Assembly (NCBI RefSeq): GCF_024521635.1
Contig: NW_026250411.1
Span: 620,001 to 684,000, forward strand
DNA length: 64,000 nucleotides
Direction: 5' to 3'
DNA from: Tricharina praecox
Taxonomy: Eukaryota
How positions within the stretch are numbered: position 1 is the stretch's first letter; each line of letters opens with the position of its first letter. Shown one piece after another: positions 37,825 to 50,855 of the stretch. Position numbers and translations under genes: made by a program. The notes under the pieces were generated by a model. It saw only the letters and a program-made list of their open reading frames with translations. It did no database searches and was not told where the DNA came from.

Positions 37825-40488
37825 ATGAAGCACTCTCATGGCCGTCACCACCACCACCATCACCACAGAGACACCCGACCCTCCTCCCCAGGCACCAAAG
37901 ACACCCGTCCTTCCTCCCCAAGAACCAAAGACTCGCGACCACGTCCGCTACAGATCCCCAACCGTCGTAGCGATGTCCGCTCACTAATCGACTTCTTCAA
38001 CAACCGAGCGTTCAAGGAGGACGGCAGATCTGCCGCCCCGCGGCGGCCCCGCGATCCCATCCCCGAGAACAAAGTAAAGTCACTGGTCGTCAACTTCAAT
38101 AGGCTGGAGTCCTTCTCAGCTCCGATTTCGGGACAGACCACGGCTCAGGTCAGCCCCATCAAACAAAGGTTTGAATGGAAGGAGAGGGCGGAGCAGATTC
38201 CGAAACGTGAGGTGCTGGCGGGAAAGCGTATCAATGTCATCGTTCAGCCCGAGGCGGATGTGGGCGGTCTCGAGGAGATTGCTGTCTTTGGCGGAGACAG
38301 CAGAGAGATGGCTTCTAAGAAGTCGACGGAACGTTTGAGGTCGGTCAAGATGAAGAAGGAGCAGTTTGCTCCGAGAACGGAAGAGAGACAGAGTGTGGAC
38401 CAGGCCAAGGAGAAGAAGAAGCGGAGCCATCACCACCATCGTCACCACAAAGACAAGTCTTTGAAGTTGATTGTGCCGGGAGGTGTGGATGGACAAACTG
38501 CATCGACTGATGCTGCGGTAAACAGTCCTGTCACCAAGCCGCCATCAAGGATCGAGAGACGGAGTAGTCCTGTCGCCAGGCCACCGTCGAGAACGGACAA
38601 GAAGAGCCGAACGCATGACTTGAAGAGCAACAGCCCCAATAACGAAAGCGAACGCTACTTCTCGAGTCGCAGCGTCAAAACCTCCCCTGTTCTTTCATTA
38701 AAGACGGATAAAGACACTCCGCAGCCACTGCAATCGAAGTCCTCTGCTCCTGCCCTACCACCGAAGCCGCCAGCATTGAAATATGCTTCTCCAGTCCCAC
38801 AAGTGAGGGATGCAAATCTTCGAGCTACGACTCAAGAGCCAAGCAAGATCGATACATCCAATAGATATCCCAAACAACCAAGGGGACTGGGTGTGGTCAA
38901 CCGAGGCCAGACGGAACCATCAACCCCAAAATATGCGGGGCCTGGTATGGTGAAGGGCGTGGTGGGTCTTTTTGCAGCGCCTTCACGACAAGACAACGTA
39001 CCGCCGAGAGGAAGAACAGCTGACATAATCTCGAGGCCTCTCACCTATTCTGATGGACGGAACCAGCAAAACAAAGTACAGCGCAGCAGGGTGCCGGCGG
39101 ATTATGAGTCGTCATCTGGCTCATCTTCTTCGGAGTCCGAAAGTAGCGGCCCGTCAACCATGGTCAACAAGACCCAGCTCAGAGGAACCCCCAAGATTGT
39201 GACGACTGAAGCATCTCCGACCGCATTAAAAGCGGCTGCTAGGGGTGAGAAGATTCCGAGCAGGGACATGCCCGCAACCAACGCATCTTACGATTATCCG
39301 ACATCCACCATCAGACAGCCACGAACTTTCAAGGATATTGCGTTGGAAAGAAGAAAGGAGCGCGAGAAGGGAGCGCAGCCGTCCCCTCCCATTCCCACCG
39401 CACCTCGGGATCATCTTTCTGTGCCGCGATCGGTTTCGCCTTTACGGGTTGTCAAGATGCAGGATACGGATGTACCCACTCTTCAGAATCCGGTGCCACT
39501 CCACCGCTTGTACTCGAAGGCTTCTCAAGACACTTTGACATCATTCGAAGAGCCCTCAATTCTTGTGTCTGGGTCGTCGGAATCTTCTGAAGAGGATGTC
39601 CCGTCACCGCCACCGCCCCCGCGACAGCGAGCCATGGTCAAATCACAGCGTGTCCGCCCATCGAACTCACCAATTCCACCACTGCAGGTTGCATACCGTC
39701 CTCCAATGCGTTCGCCATCTTTGATGCGGGAGATGGCACCACCGAGACTTAGCATTCGTACTTCGTCCATCAAATCCACCAAATCCGTCAAGCAGTCTTC
39801 CGAAACCACCAGTAAAGTACCACGGAGCAAACGGCCGGTCGTCACCAAGGAGCACTTTGAGGTCACCAGCCCAGAGCACTATACCCCACGAATGAAACTT
39901 AAGAACGACGATGAATGGAGGGACAAATGGCGGCAACGACTGAAGAACAATACGATCGACGGTCCTAACGACAGCCGCGAACTGCTACGGCAAGGTAAAC
40001 GCCAGCAGCCACGGTACGTCAGCAGCTCGTCACACAACACGACGTCGAGCTCGAGGATCGTAGACGAAAAGCGGCGGATTCTACCGCTCGAGGCGCAGAC
40101 AGAGTCCGAGTCCCAGTCCGAGTCCCAGTCGAGCGTCATGGAGGACCGCCAGCGCCAAAGCGACTACACCCTCATCTCTCCCGCCCAGGAGCAGCGATCG
40201 AAAGTCAACTTCTCAAGCTTCACACAGAACTTCCCGGCTGCGGAATATTCGAATGCGCAGGGTGCACGCCAGCAGCGCATTGACGACCGCACGACGGCCT
40301 TCGATGGTGTGCAGGATGTTGCGAAGGCAGAGGGCGTCGTCGGTTTCAGAATACTGCCTCGGACTCGAGCCGTGGACGGAGGTGGAGTAGGGAAGGGGGT
40401 TCAGGAATTCGAGGAGCCTCGTACCGAGAAGAAGAAGAAGTTGAAGACGAAGAAGGCATACCGAGATCGCCCCAGCAGATTGGGTTGA
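37825..40488 (+). CDS. Hypothetical 887 aa intronless S/P/R/K-rich, probably disordered protein
   Basis: Long uninterrupted ORF with no domain I recognise. Confidence 0.75.
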   Translation: MKHSHGRHHHHHHHRDTRPSSPGTKDTRPSSPRTKDSRPRPLQIPNRRSDVRSLIDFFNNRAFKEDGRSAAPRRPRDPIPENKVKSLVVNFNRLESFSAPISGQTTAQVSPIKQRFEWKERAEQIPKREVLAGKRINVIVQPEADVGGLEEIAVFGGDSREMASKKSTERLRSVKMKKEQFAPRTEERQSVDQAKEKKKRSHHHHRHHKDKSLKLIVPGGVDGQTASTDAAVNSPVTKPPSRIERRSSPVARPPSRTDKKSRTHDLKSNSPNNESERYFSSRSVKTSPVLSLKTDKDTPQPLQSKSSAPALPPKPPALKYASPVPQVRDANLRATTQEPSKIDTSNRYPKQPRGLGVVNRGQTEPSTPKYAGPGMVKGVVGLFAAPSRQDNVPPRGRTADIISRPLTYSDGRNQQNKVQRSRVPADYESSSGSSSSESESSGPSTMVNKTQLRGTPKIVTTEASPTALKAAARGEKIPSRDMPATNASYDYPTSTIRQPRTFKDIALERRKEREKGAQPSPPIPTAPRDHLSVPRSVSPLRVVKMQDTDVPTLQNPVPLHRLYSKASQDTLTSFEEPSILVSGSSESSEEDVPSPPPPPRQRAMVKSQRVRPSNSPIPPLQVAYRPPMRSPSLMREMAPPRLSIRTSSIKSTKSVKQSSETTSKVPRSKRPVVTKEHFEVTSPEHYTPRMKLKNDDEWRDKWRQRLKNNTIDGPNDSRELLRQGKRQQPRYVSSSSHNTTSSSRIVDEKRRILPLEAQTESESQSESQSSVMEDRQRQSDYTLISPAQEQRSKVNFSSFTQNFPAAEYSNAQGARQQRIDDRTTAFDGVQDVAKAEGVVGFRILPRTRAVDGGGVGKGVQEFEEPRTEKKKKLKTKKAYRDRPSRLG

Positions 40489-41114
40489 GGGTCCGTTGGT
40501 TGTATCGTTTTTTCTTCCTTTGATTTTTGTATTGTTGTATTGTTTTGAGTTTTTTTTTTGGAGCATGGACGACGCAGGCCGTCAGTGGGTCTCCATTTGT
40601 TACGGTATCATTAGGAATGAATGCCTTGTGTACGATTATTACTGCGAGCTTGTAGGTTGTAGGGAGTCAGATGAATGCATAAGTATGGGCTTTGTACGTC
40701 TCGACGGCAAAGTACGGCCAATCCGGGGTGACAGCGGGGCGCAATTCATTCCTCGTGACCTTTGATTCCGTCCCACGACGAAATAGCAACAGTAATCACT
40801 CGTTCCTCTTCTCCACATTCTCCATCCATTCATACAACACTACTCTCCCAGCAGACAGGCGACGAAAGGTGGGATTGTTGAAAAGACTCGGTTACTGTCC
40901 GGGAATCTAGCTTCAAAGTCCATACAAGTTCATACAATCGAAGAAAGAAAAATATTGCGGTACCTAGTACCCAGTGAATTGCGCCATTTCCAGCCCATCT
41001 ACGTTCTATCATGCCCTTTTTTTTGTCCAGCATTATGCATCCGAATTCCGTTGAAACATTACAACATCGCAGAACAGAACAGAATATGGGGTAATCCGAG
41101 CTCAGCTCAGCTCA

Positions 41115-41776
41115 TCAGTAAACATCCTCGGGAAGCACCCTAAAGTTCCTCCCGTTCTCGCGCACGCTCTCGCGCTTCTTGTCGCGCTTCATGGGTTTCC
41201 GCATATCTGGCGCTCACACATCAGCCTCGCTCAGCCCTTGGTCGGTGTCCGGGCAGACTCACCAAACGCATCCTCATCCGGCTCGCCGGGCCTAGACCCG
41301 GAGTAGTAGTCGACCACGCGGCGATAGACAGAGTAACCGAGGCGCTCGTACATTCCGATAGCGATCTCGTTGCTGACGCGGACGTACAGGTCGACGAAGT
41401 GGCCCTTGTAGAGGGTGTCCGTGACGCGCTCCAGCTCGTCCATCAGCGTCTTGGCCAGTCCCAGCCGGCGGTAGTTCGGTGCTACCGTCAGCGCCGTTAC
41501 GTGTCCGTGCCAGTAGCTACCCTCGGCTTTGCCCATGACTATATACGAGAAGGGGGGGGTTAGTAAAGGGGAAGGGGAGGGGGATGGGGATGGGGGGGGG
41601 ATAGTACTGTACCCCATTATTCGGCCGCTGGCGTTCTCCATCGCGCAGAAGTAGGTGGGCCAGCGGGCGAGGTAGTTTAGGTAGAAGCTGATGTCGTAGT
41701 TCTCGGTTAACGGGTCGAGGTTCGCCGCGTTGAAGCGGAAGAGGTCGAGCGCGTGGAAGGGGCGGACGGAGGACAT
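41115..41776 (-). CDS. NAT3: NatB N-terminal acetyltransferase catalytic subunit (Naa20)
   Basis: NLDPLTENY, YLARWP, MGKAEG..WHGHVTALTVAP.YRRLGLA, FVDLYVRVSN, GYSVYRRV, EDAF-DMRKP. Confidence 0.97.
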
Positions 41777-42590
41777 TTTTGTGGTTGCGGCGAGGGGTGG
41801 GAGTGTGGTCGTGCGGGCGGTCGTGGGTGGTGATAATGCGGGGCAACTTTTTTTGCGCGGTAAAGCTTGGGTGGGTAAACTAGCGAGGAGGGAGGTTGAA
41901 GCGCGACTGTGTGTGGGTTGGGGTTGGGACTTTGGGACTTTGGGACTTTGGGACTTTGAGACTTTGGGGGGAGAAACGGTTGGTCCGAGCTGAGATGAGA
42001 GATGGTTTGGGGTTGGTCGAGACGTCTAATTAGAGGAGCGCTGTTTCGGACCGGACGCTGCGGAATGGGATGGAACGGTTCGGAAACGTGTGTAATTCGC
42101 TGCTGGCTGTCTCTCGTACACTCTCCTTCTTTCCCCTTTCTCGAGTTGATACCCAGTGACTGTCCTGCTGCTGCTGCTGCTTCGTCTCGACCTTCGGCCC
42201 GAGACCTTCCCTTAGTTACAAGTCCACGGGATTCCCCCACACTCCAGCAGATCCGCACCCTCCACGCACCAGCACCACCACCCACACACACACACCTCCG
42301 ACCTCCCCACCCACGTCCGCCCGACCAACCAATAGACCAATAGTCGCCCAACCAATACCGGAAACTCCACATTCCACATCCCAAGATCGCGCATTACTTC
42401 CGGGAAGACCAAACCAAACAAAAGCAGCAGCTCTCCTATGCGACATTCCACAGCTTCCTCAACACTCACATCCACATCCACATACACTACAGCGCACCAC
42501 GACCCTCCCCCTCCAGCCGGCCGCAGTCCCAATAGCTAGAACCCACCCACCCCCTTTCCCACTACACAACAAAGAGACGGAACGAACGAA

Positions 42591-43610
42591 ATGTCAGTAT
42601 ATGGTGACGAGTCGGTCAACGGCCTCGACGACGCGTCGTTGTCGTTTGTGCAGCCCAGCATATCCGGTGCTGCCGATGGGGGGCTGGGCTCGTTAGCGGA
42701 CGAGCTTGCGGGAGCTTTTGGCGACGACTACTCCGACGAGGAAGAGGAGGAGGGGGGGGAGGGGGAGGGGGGGGAAGAGCAGGCGGGAGGTGACGAGACT
42801 GCAGGAGGTGATGCGGAAGTAGTGGAGGAACGAGGCAGGGAGGGGGTGGTGGAAGGAGCTACCGGCAGCAGCGGGGAAGCAGCGGAAGACGACCCGGCGC
42901 AGCGATCACCGAGCAGCCGCTCGCAGTCCAGCGACGTCGACGAGCCACTGCAGGAGGGCATTTCCGTCGGGCTGTCGGAGAAGATCACGGCGATCGAGCA
43001 ACTCGCACTACGGCAACGGCACACGCTACGAGAGGAGGACCTAGCGGACGGCGGGGTGGTCAAGCTCCTGATGGGCGGGCTGCAGGAGCTCGGCTCGCAG
43101 TCGACGCTCGAAAACGGAAGCATGCGCCTCACCACCGCGCACTCCGCGCTCAGCCTGAACATGCTCTACCAGACACGGACGCTCCGCGACCTCGGCTTCT
43201 CGATCAACGCGGTGTCGCTGCCGCCGCCGGAGACGACCGAGATCATGGAGGGGCTTCTGGAGCTGATCCCGCGGCCGGCGATCGAGCCGCTGGCGGAGCT
43301 GACCACGCTGCACCACCTGACGCTGAGCCTGGCCGCACAGCTGAGCAGCATCAGCGACAGCCTACACATGACGCGGCAGTCGAGTATTGTCGCGCGGAGG
43401 AAGCTGCAGGCGGCGAAGGAGGCCTGCGCGGACTGGAGGAACGAGCTGGAGATGGTCGAGACGGCCCGGCGGTGGATCGAGGACGGCGACTGGGACGCCA
43501 AGTGTAAGCGGAGAGATGCCGCCGTCGTCTGCAGAGATGTCACCAGCGGCTTTGAGGACGTGTGTCGCGGCTTCGAGGAGAAGCTGAGGGCGCAGGAGGT
43601 CGCTACATAG
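42591..43610 (+). CDS. Fungal hypothetical protein (acidic N-terminus, helical/coiled-coil C-terminus)
   Basis: 339 aa intronless ORF with coding-like codon usage; GSLADEL and WD..C..R....VC..V..GFE.VC motifs. Confidence 0.8.
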   Translation: MSVYGDESVNGLDDASLSFVQPSISGAADGGLGSLADELAGAFGDDYSDEEEEEGGEGEGGEEQAGGDETAGGDAEVVEERGREGVVEGATGSSGEAAEDDPAQRSPSSRSQSSDVDEPLQEGISVGLSEKITAIEQLALRQRHTLREEDLADGGVVKLLMGGLQELGSQSTLENGSMRLTTAHSALSLNMLYQTRTLRDLGFSINAVSLPPPETTEIMEGLLELIPRPAIEPLAELTTLHHLTLSLAAQLSSISDSLHMTRQSSIVARRKLQAAKEACADWRNELEMVETARRWIEDGDWDAKCKRRDAAVVCRDVTSGFEDVCRGFEEKLRAQEVAT

Positions 43611-44153
43611 ATAGATATCCCCGGTGGTGGTGTGTGGAGGAAAGCGTGTGCATGAGATTGGATAGGGTATTAGATACGGTGTTTGGTTCTTTGCGTCCGG
43701 CTTTGGTTATTGCTGCATTTTTTTTTTGTTTTGAACCGATAACGGCGGGCTCAGGGTTTCGGTTTGGCGGGGAGGGGGAGGGGTTGCTGTCAGGCATGGG
43801 GGTTAATATTTCTGTTCATCTACATATCTACACGCCTTTCTTTTGGAGCTGGCAATGGGAATTGGTACTAGAACGTGTCCGAATGTAGAGTAACTAGATG
43901 TTCTCGCCTTGGTAATCACATATTATCACTCGCATGGCTCCACGACAGTTGTCAGTCCGGACCCGTTTCAACCACTGAAGGCTCTTGACAGCATACCCAA
44001 AGAACGAGATCCGCATTTTTAGTCGAAACGAGTACATCAATAAACATCCAGTCAGATTCCATCCGTGTACCCGCATCTGGAAACCGTAAAGCATGCAAAG
44101 CAAAAACAGAAAAACAGAACAAACTCCATAAATCATTATCCTGCATCCGCAAT

Positions 44154-45379
44154 CTAATGAATCTTCTTGATAGCATTGTGGGTGAGCGCAATCTGGTTGT
44201 CGACACCATCGCTCTGTTCGTCCTCGTGGTTAGCAGCGCCCACAGCAGGGAGAAATCGGGGCCACGCACCTTCTTGGAGATATTCTCGATCTGCCTGTTC
44301 TGCCTATCGACCTCCTGTCCGGTAGCAACAGCCAGGCCCTTCAGGCGTCCCGTGACGCCAGCCAGGGCATCCAGATTGCCCTCAATCTCCCTCTCCTTCT
44401 CGTCGTCGCTCTCGTCCGCCTCAAACTGGTATTTGCTCCTCTCCGCCATGGAAAGCTTCCCGCCCCTGCTGCCCGCCCCGCCCATGCCCATCCCGCCCGC
44501 CCCGCCGCGAAGCGCCTTCCCCACCCCTTCCCGCGCCGCATACCCCTGCTGCCTGGTCCGCTCCCGCTCGCTGCGCTCACTCTCGTGCCTTTCGAGGATC
44601 TTCCTCTCCTCCGCCTCCGCACGGCTCTTACTCTTGAGCGGATTCGCGACATGAACCGCAAACATGCTGCGATTGAGTGTCTTGAGTTCCCTCGCCTTCT
44701 CATCAGCGACCCTATTATGCGCGGCGGCCATATCCAAGTTCTTCTCGGTATTATGCAGCCTCTCCCCCTGCTCCCCGAGCCGTGCCAGCGTCGTCCGCCC
44801 CGTCTCCTCCGCCTGCGCGGCGATCCGTAACGCGTTCCGTGTGCTAGACACCGACTCCTGCTTCGTAAACCGTATCTGCTGCTTCACCGCATCCACGTCC
44901 TCCGCCTCCTCCTCCTCCGCGCTCAATACCCGGTCCGCCCCGTTGTCGTCCGCGTACCCCGTCGGCCGCGCGTACGCCCCCGAGGACGCCCCCGAGGACG
45001 GCGGAGCGCCGTACGCGGGCGGCGCGGCCGAGGCGGGCTGCCGCCCAGAGAACAGCTCGTGCTTCTTGTGGTCGAGCGTGCTGGAGGAGTCGGCGCGGCC
45101 GTGTTGTGGTGGCTGGCCGTACCCGCCGTAGCCCCCGTACCCCCCGCCCTGCTGCTGCTGCTGCTGCGGGGGTGCGCCGTAGGGGTTGTGCTGTGCGGGT
45201 GATTGCTGCGCGCGGGACCCGAAGAGTGCGGATCGCGCGGCGTCGTCGGGGCGCTGCTGCTGCTGCGGTTGATGCTGCTGCTGCTGCTGCTGCTGATGTT
45301 GCTGGTACTGCGGGGGCGGGGTGGAAGCCGCGGGAGGAGGGGTGGATTTGTCTTTTTTGGAGGAGAAGAGGTTGCGCAT
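44154..45379 (-). CDS. SEC9: Plasma-membrane Qbc-SNARE Sec9 (SNAP-25 family)
   Basis: KQQIRFTKQESVSSTRNALR, LGEQGERL, LNRSMFAVHVANP, KYQFEADESDD, EVDRQN. Last exon SDGVDNQIALTHNAIKKIH*. Confidence 0.95.
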
Positions 45380-46307
45380 TTTGGTTTGTTTCGTGCGGTG
45401 TCGTGGGGGCTGCGGTGGTGGTGGGTTAGGGGGTGAAGGGTGGGGGAGGGGATTGAGGGGGAGGGTGGTGGTTTTATGTTTGGCGAGAGCTGATGTTCAG
45501 CTGAGCTGAGCGGAGTTGAACGGAGTGGGGTCTGCACTGCCCTATTGACGCAAGCCGTACACACATACATACAGGCAGCAGCTCCCCGTGGTGGCTGGGT
45601 CACTGGTCAGGCCCGCATCCCGACCGGTGTGTGGCGATGCACCTCTCATTATGCATCTACATTCCAGACTTCCAGTGTTTGGCGTTCTTGAGCACTCGAG
45701 CACTGATTGATGTTCGACGAATTGTCTAGTCCAAGGTAGGCGGGTACTGTGCAGTAGCAATCGGAGCTTGTCGAGCACGGGCTCGGGCTCGGGCTCGTGC
45801 CCTGAGCTTTTTGAGCAGTGAGCAGTGAGCAGTGAGTATTTCCAAGTGCTGGTGCTGGTGCTTTGCAAGAGGCTATTTTTATCCACGCCCATGATCCATC
45901 GATGGCTCGAGACTCGAGAGTTGCGAGTCGCGATTATCACTGGTGTTCAGCCACCAAACCCCGTGGATTGAAACGGTCAGTAGAGTCATAATTACTCTAC
46001 TCGATGCCCATCAAAGGACATCTCAGTACACTATACAATCGCCCTCTTTCTACCCCACACGCCCCCCCCTCCCCCCCCCGCGCCACCGGCATAGAAGGAT
46101 CGCATGCAATACCTAGAGTAGCTATGGATCCTCAACCCTCTCCGATGGAAACGGGTTTATTGTATAGGGTAGAGTTTTTATTTCCATCCCAACAATAACC
46201 CACCAGCCTCTAGATTCTGGAGGTCGACGAGTTCCTTAGATCGCCTTTGATACTCACTATTTGTTATGGGTGCGCTACTACTTACCATCCAAAGCGAGGA
46301 AGCACCC

Positions 46308-46352
<45 letters not shown>
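46308..46352. repeat. (ACA)15 microsatellite
   Basis: Read directly; immediately followed by an ATG at 46353. Confidence 0.95.
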
Positions 46353-46355
<3 letters not shown>

Positions 46356-46429
46356 GAAATCTTCGCCACCAACTTTCACCACCAACCTGCATCACCTTAT
46401 GTTATGGCCGCACAGCCACAACACTCTCA

Positions 46430-46591
46430 TACATACACTACATACGCTACATACGCTACATACGCTACATACGCTACATACGCTACATACGCTACATACG
46501 CTACATACGCTACATACGCTACATACGCTACATACGCTACATACGCTACATACGCTACATACGCTACATACGCTGCTTACGCTACCTACGT
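46430..46591. repeat. 9-bp minisatellite (TACATACGC): 15 perfect copies plus degenerate flanking units
   Basis: Perfect array at 46439-46573. Confidence 0.95.
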
Positions 46592-47797
46592 ACAGTACCG
46601 CCACCACTGCTTCCCTGACCAGATGGGGGCCGGCGGATCTCCAGCGGATCTCCAGACTCCAGCGGCTTCAGCCTTCTGCAGATCTGCGCTTTACATAAAT
46701 ACTTTCGCTTCAGTTGAAGCATCAATTGCCTAGAACCTATGTAGCCCGATCGCTTATGTAGTAGCATTGAACTCCCCAAAAGAAAGGCCTAGGCAAAGAT
46801 GTTGGGGTAGGGAGTGGCGAAGGTGATGTCTGTAATCCAGATGTAGCTCTCAGGATGTGATGTTCTGCGTTTACATGTGGAAGTATACTCATATGGGCCA
46901 ATGCCGTGGCTACGAGTGACGAGTGACGAGTGACGACCTGTCTAAATTGTAGCATTGACGGCCGGTCGAATCAAGATCTCAAACTTCCAAAAAGGAATAA
47001 AAGGCCGATACTGATCTTGAAGCGGGTTCGATTTCATCGCCACAACTGACAACGGTTACAGGAGTATCATAGGTATGATAGAATACTACAAGCCCCTTCC
47101 CTCCCCTCTCTGATCCGCAGCAGCGCTGCAGCGCGGGAGGGAGGGAGGGAGGGAGGGAGGGGGGAAGGATATCATGCGCGCACCATGAAACGGCGCAAAA
47201 AAAACGGAGAACTAAAAGGTAGCGAAAAGCGCAAAAACAGCTGTCGAGAATTCTCTCCATAAACTCAGGAGCATCAATCACTTAATCAATCCAATCAATC
47301 AATCAATCAACCAAAAACAAAAGATTTCCCATCCCAGCCCATACCCAACCCCATCCAACAACAATTCAACAGACTCCCAACAACAAAACTGCACAATCAA
47401 TCAGCCCTGTACTGTACAACTCCCCACCCCGCATCCCCCCGCTCCGTATCCCCCCCCCAATCCCTCAAACTCGCCCCACTCTGTACTGCCTTTCCTTCCA
47501 CAAACTCGTTCGTTCCTCAATGGTGAACGGTAACGTAGTCTTCGCTGCTAGGAACAGCCAGAACAGACAGGCGAGAAGAATCCCCAAATAGCCAACGACA
47601 ACGACAACGACAACAGCAACCAAGCCATGTCCTACCCAGAACACCATATGTAGCAAAAAATAAAATAAAGAAATAGGACACCCAGAAAAGGAAAAAGAAA
47701 AAGGAAAGCCATAGTTAGTCCAAGACAGAAGAAGAAGAAGAAGAAGAAGAAGGTATCTAAAGAAGTCAATGTCTAAAATCAAATCCATCGTAATCAA

Positions 47798-49786
47798 TCA
47801 TCGAATTTGTGCCAGCGGGTCGAAGGCTGTCGATATCCGTCCCTCGTTCTTGTTCTTGGTGAAGCAATTCCAGAACCGAAGCGTTTCGTCTCCAGCTCCC
47901 GTCACTATCACCTGGCCGTCCGGCGACATCGCAAGATACAACACTCGATATGTGTGCCCGGTGAGAGTCGCCACCTGAGTCATTGAGGGGTACTTCCACA
48001 CCACAATCTGGTGCTCCGAGAAGCCGTGTGTCGACACGATCTCGTTCGAGTTCTTGGACCATGCGAGGTTACACACTTGACTGCCCGTGTCAATCTCGTT
48101 TATCGGTTGTCCGGTCGAGGTGTTCCAAAATCGAATCTTCCGATCCGCAGTTCCTCCACCGGACGCCAGCGTGTTGTGTTGGTGCGGCGACCACGCAATG
48201 GCCTTGACCGCCGCCGTGTGCTCCGAGAACTTGTACAGCGGCTGCGGCATGAGCTTGTCCCAGACGAACAGCTTGTTGTCGTTTCCGCCCGAGGCAAGCT
48301 GTCCGTCCTCGCAATTCCACTTGAGTCCGCACACCTCTTGCTTGTGGCCCGTGAGCTTTGAAATATACTGTTCTGGCGCACGGACGTCGCGGTGGTAAAT
48401 GGCGCGGTCCCGTGACCCAGATGAAAGGATATGGTCGTTCCACGCGAGTGCACCTGTAAAACTTTAGCCTTCGTCATCAGATTAGATCTGCAGAGCTGGG
48501 GCGACGCACCGACGCGAGCGGTGTGACCGGTCATCGTGCGTAACCGGCGACATTCTCTTGCATCCCAAATCTGTACGTATCCCTTATTTGTTCCTATCGC
48601 GACATGTGAACCCTACGCCACCGAGCTGTCAGCGAAACCGTGGCCGAGCGAGGAGCACTGCGCAGAACGTACCCGTTGTATCCACGACACACTCGTCACA
48701 CTATCCTCCGTGCCCAAATCGCACAGCTTCGTCACCTTCCCCGAGTTTGAATTCCACATGTACACGCAACTGCCAAGGCCTACACCTAATATGTTTGTGC
48801 TTCCCCAATCAACCAGATTCAGATAAAAGTCATCCGCCAGTTCTGGCGCATCCAGCACCTTGTAAGGCACCTTGCTCACGGCGCGCGGCTGCTTGCGAGG
48901 CGATAATAACATCTTTTGGCTGTCGTATCGGACTGGCGAGAGGGAGTAAATCTCCGATCTCGTATCCATGTTCGGTCCGTGTCGAGACTTGGGCGTCCCC
49001 GTCTTGGGCGACATGTAACTGAACAAGTTTTTTGACGGCGTCGACGGGGCATTAATATTCGAAGCCGCTATTGGCGGCGTCCTGTTGCGCACGGTATTTA
49101 TCCGCGAAGAAGCCGCAGAGTTACGGGTGTTGAACGACGGCGGGTCGGCCTGGGGTATCTCGTTGTGGAATAGTTCGGATCGCAACAGGTGCGTGAAGGT
49201 ATTGTTTGCTTGTTCATCTGCGGATCACGTGTCGGTCAGCGCAAGCACGATGACGGGATGAGTTTTTAGTTGACGGAGTGGCTGGAGAGGACTACTCTTC
49301 TGGAAGTGCAGCTCGCCTTGGGGCGTGCGCTTTGGCGGTTTTGACGGGGACGACGGTAATAAGCTGAAGCTAGCTGTCAAATCGACGCCGTCTCGGTTTG
49401 GTATGAATCTGGAGGTCCAGGGTCAGCATTTTTCCGCCCGCGTTTTGCTTCTTCGATCGCTCCGCTCCCCCTCGTCGCCCGGCGCCAGCTCGTCTCGTCT
49501 TTCTCCTTCCGCTCTCCTCCCCACTTGCTCTCGTCTTCCCCGGAGCTCGAACGCACCTGTCCTGGTACACAATCCGCTGCCTTTTCCTGCTCGGCGACGG
49601 CGTGGGAGTAGCGACGGCATCCTCCAATGCAGCCCTCAAATCGGTCGGATCCGGTCCGTTGCCTAGCCGCGCCACTGGCGACGCAAGCGGCGGTGTTTTT
49701 GGCTTTGCCGTCGTGGTAGCATGACGCACTCGGTTCTCGAATTCGCGATTCTCAGTTCCTCGCATGGGACGTGAAGGTGGTGGCAT
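47798..49786 (-). CDS. CDH1: APC/C coactivator Cdh1/Fzr1 (Srw1/Ste9); multi-exon
   Basis: C-box YQDR-FIPNR, YSLSPV, VSKVPYKVLDAPELADDFYLNLVDW, WD40 repeats, IVTGAGDETLRFW, C-terminal IR tail. Confidence 0.95.
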
Positions 49787-50783
49787 CGAAGCGGAGATGG
49801 TTGTGGTTGTGGTGCTGGTTGGGAGGTTGGCGGGTGGTGGGTGGTTAACTGGCGTTGTTGTTGTGATTGTTGTTATTGTTGTTGTTGGTGGTGTTGTTAT
49901 TGATTGATAATGATTTTGATCGACTCAAGGACAGGATAACTATTCGCGAAGCAGGGTGTTTTTTCGGCGGGTGGGAGGATAACGAGCGAACGGAGGAGGA
50001 GGGGGCTGAAGCCACGCTCTCACACGGACGGGGGGGGAGGGGGAGGGGGGAGGGGGGTTGGAGGGGGGGATATCTTTTCGGAGGGGGTGACTGTCGGTGT
50101 TGGGGGAGGGTAGCAGTAGTGAGTGGGTAAGTAAGTAGTAGTAAGGATGTAGCGAGCGAAGTGATGATTCCTGATGGGGATTTGGAGGTGGGGAGTTGCA
50201 ACCACGGGTAGTCAGGCTAACACGGCCAGCCACAGAGCACAGCGCAGCGCAGCGAGCAGAGCGAGCAGGAGCAAAGCAAGAGGTAAACAGACGAGGACCG
50301 AATGAGGAAATGAACCCCTGTAACGTTGTGGGAAGCGAAAGGAAGGGGACGAGCGGGATGACAGGATCTGCGCGGCGGATGTATTTTGAGGCATACGTGC
50401 GCATGGGAGCAGGAGCAGGCGGCGGCGGACGATGCATCGAAGGGCGGACTGCGGCCTGTGCGATCGAGCGGGGCAGAATGGCCGTTGGAGGGGCTCGTCT
50501 TCTTCTTTTTCTTCTTCGTCTTCGTCTTCTTCTTCAGCAATTCGGTGGAGGCAACACGACGAACCAGGCATTTCCGAATGCGCACCCGTCGTGCGTCAGC
50601 CGAACCAACCATTAAGGGTCCGGGTTACACGCGTGAAGAACTGAAGGTCACTGGGCACCGAGGACTCACAGCCAGAATCATCCAGAGCAGTTGTCCTGAT
50701 ACTTGCGACGATCCCGAGACTTGTGAACACCCTTTGGCGAGAGTCAAATGTGACGGCCCTCCATATTGCCGCTGTCCAAACGG

Positions 50784-50855
50784 CCATTGAACCTTGAACC
50801 ATTGAACCATTGCACCATTGCACCTTGAACCATTGAACCATTGCACCATTGCACC
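50784..50855. repeat. CCATTG(A/C)A-based tandem repeat with a 31-bp higher-order duplication
   Basis: CCTTGAACCATTGAACCATTGCACCATTGCA occurs twice, at 50792-50853. Confidence 0.9.
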
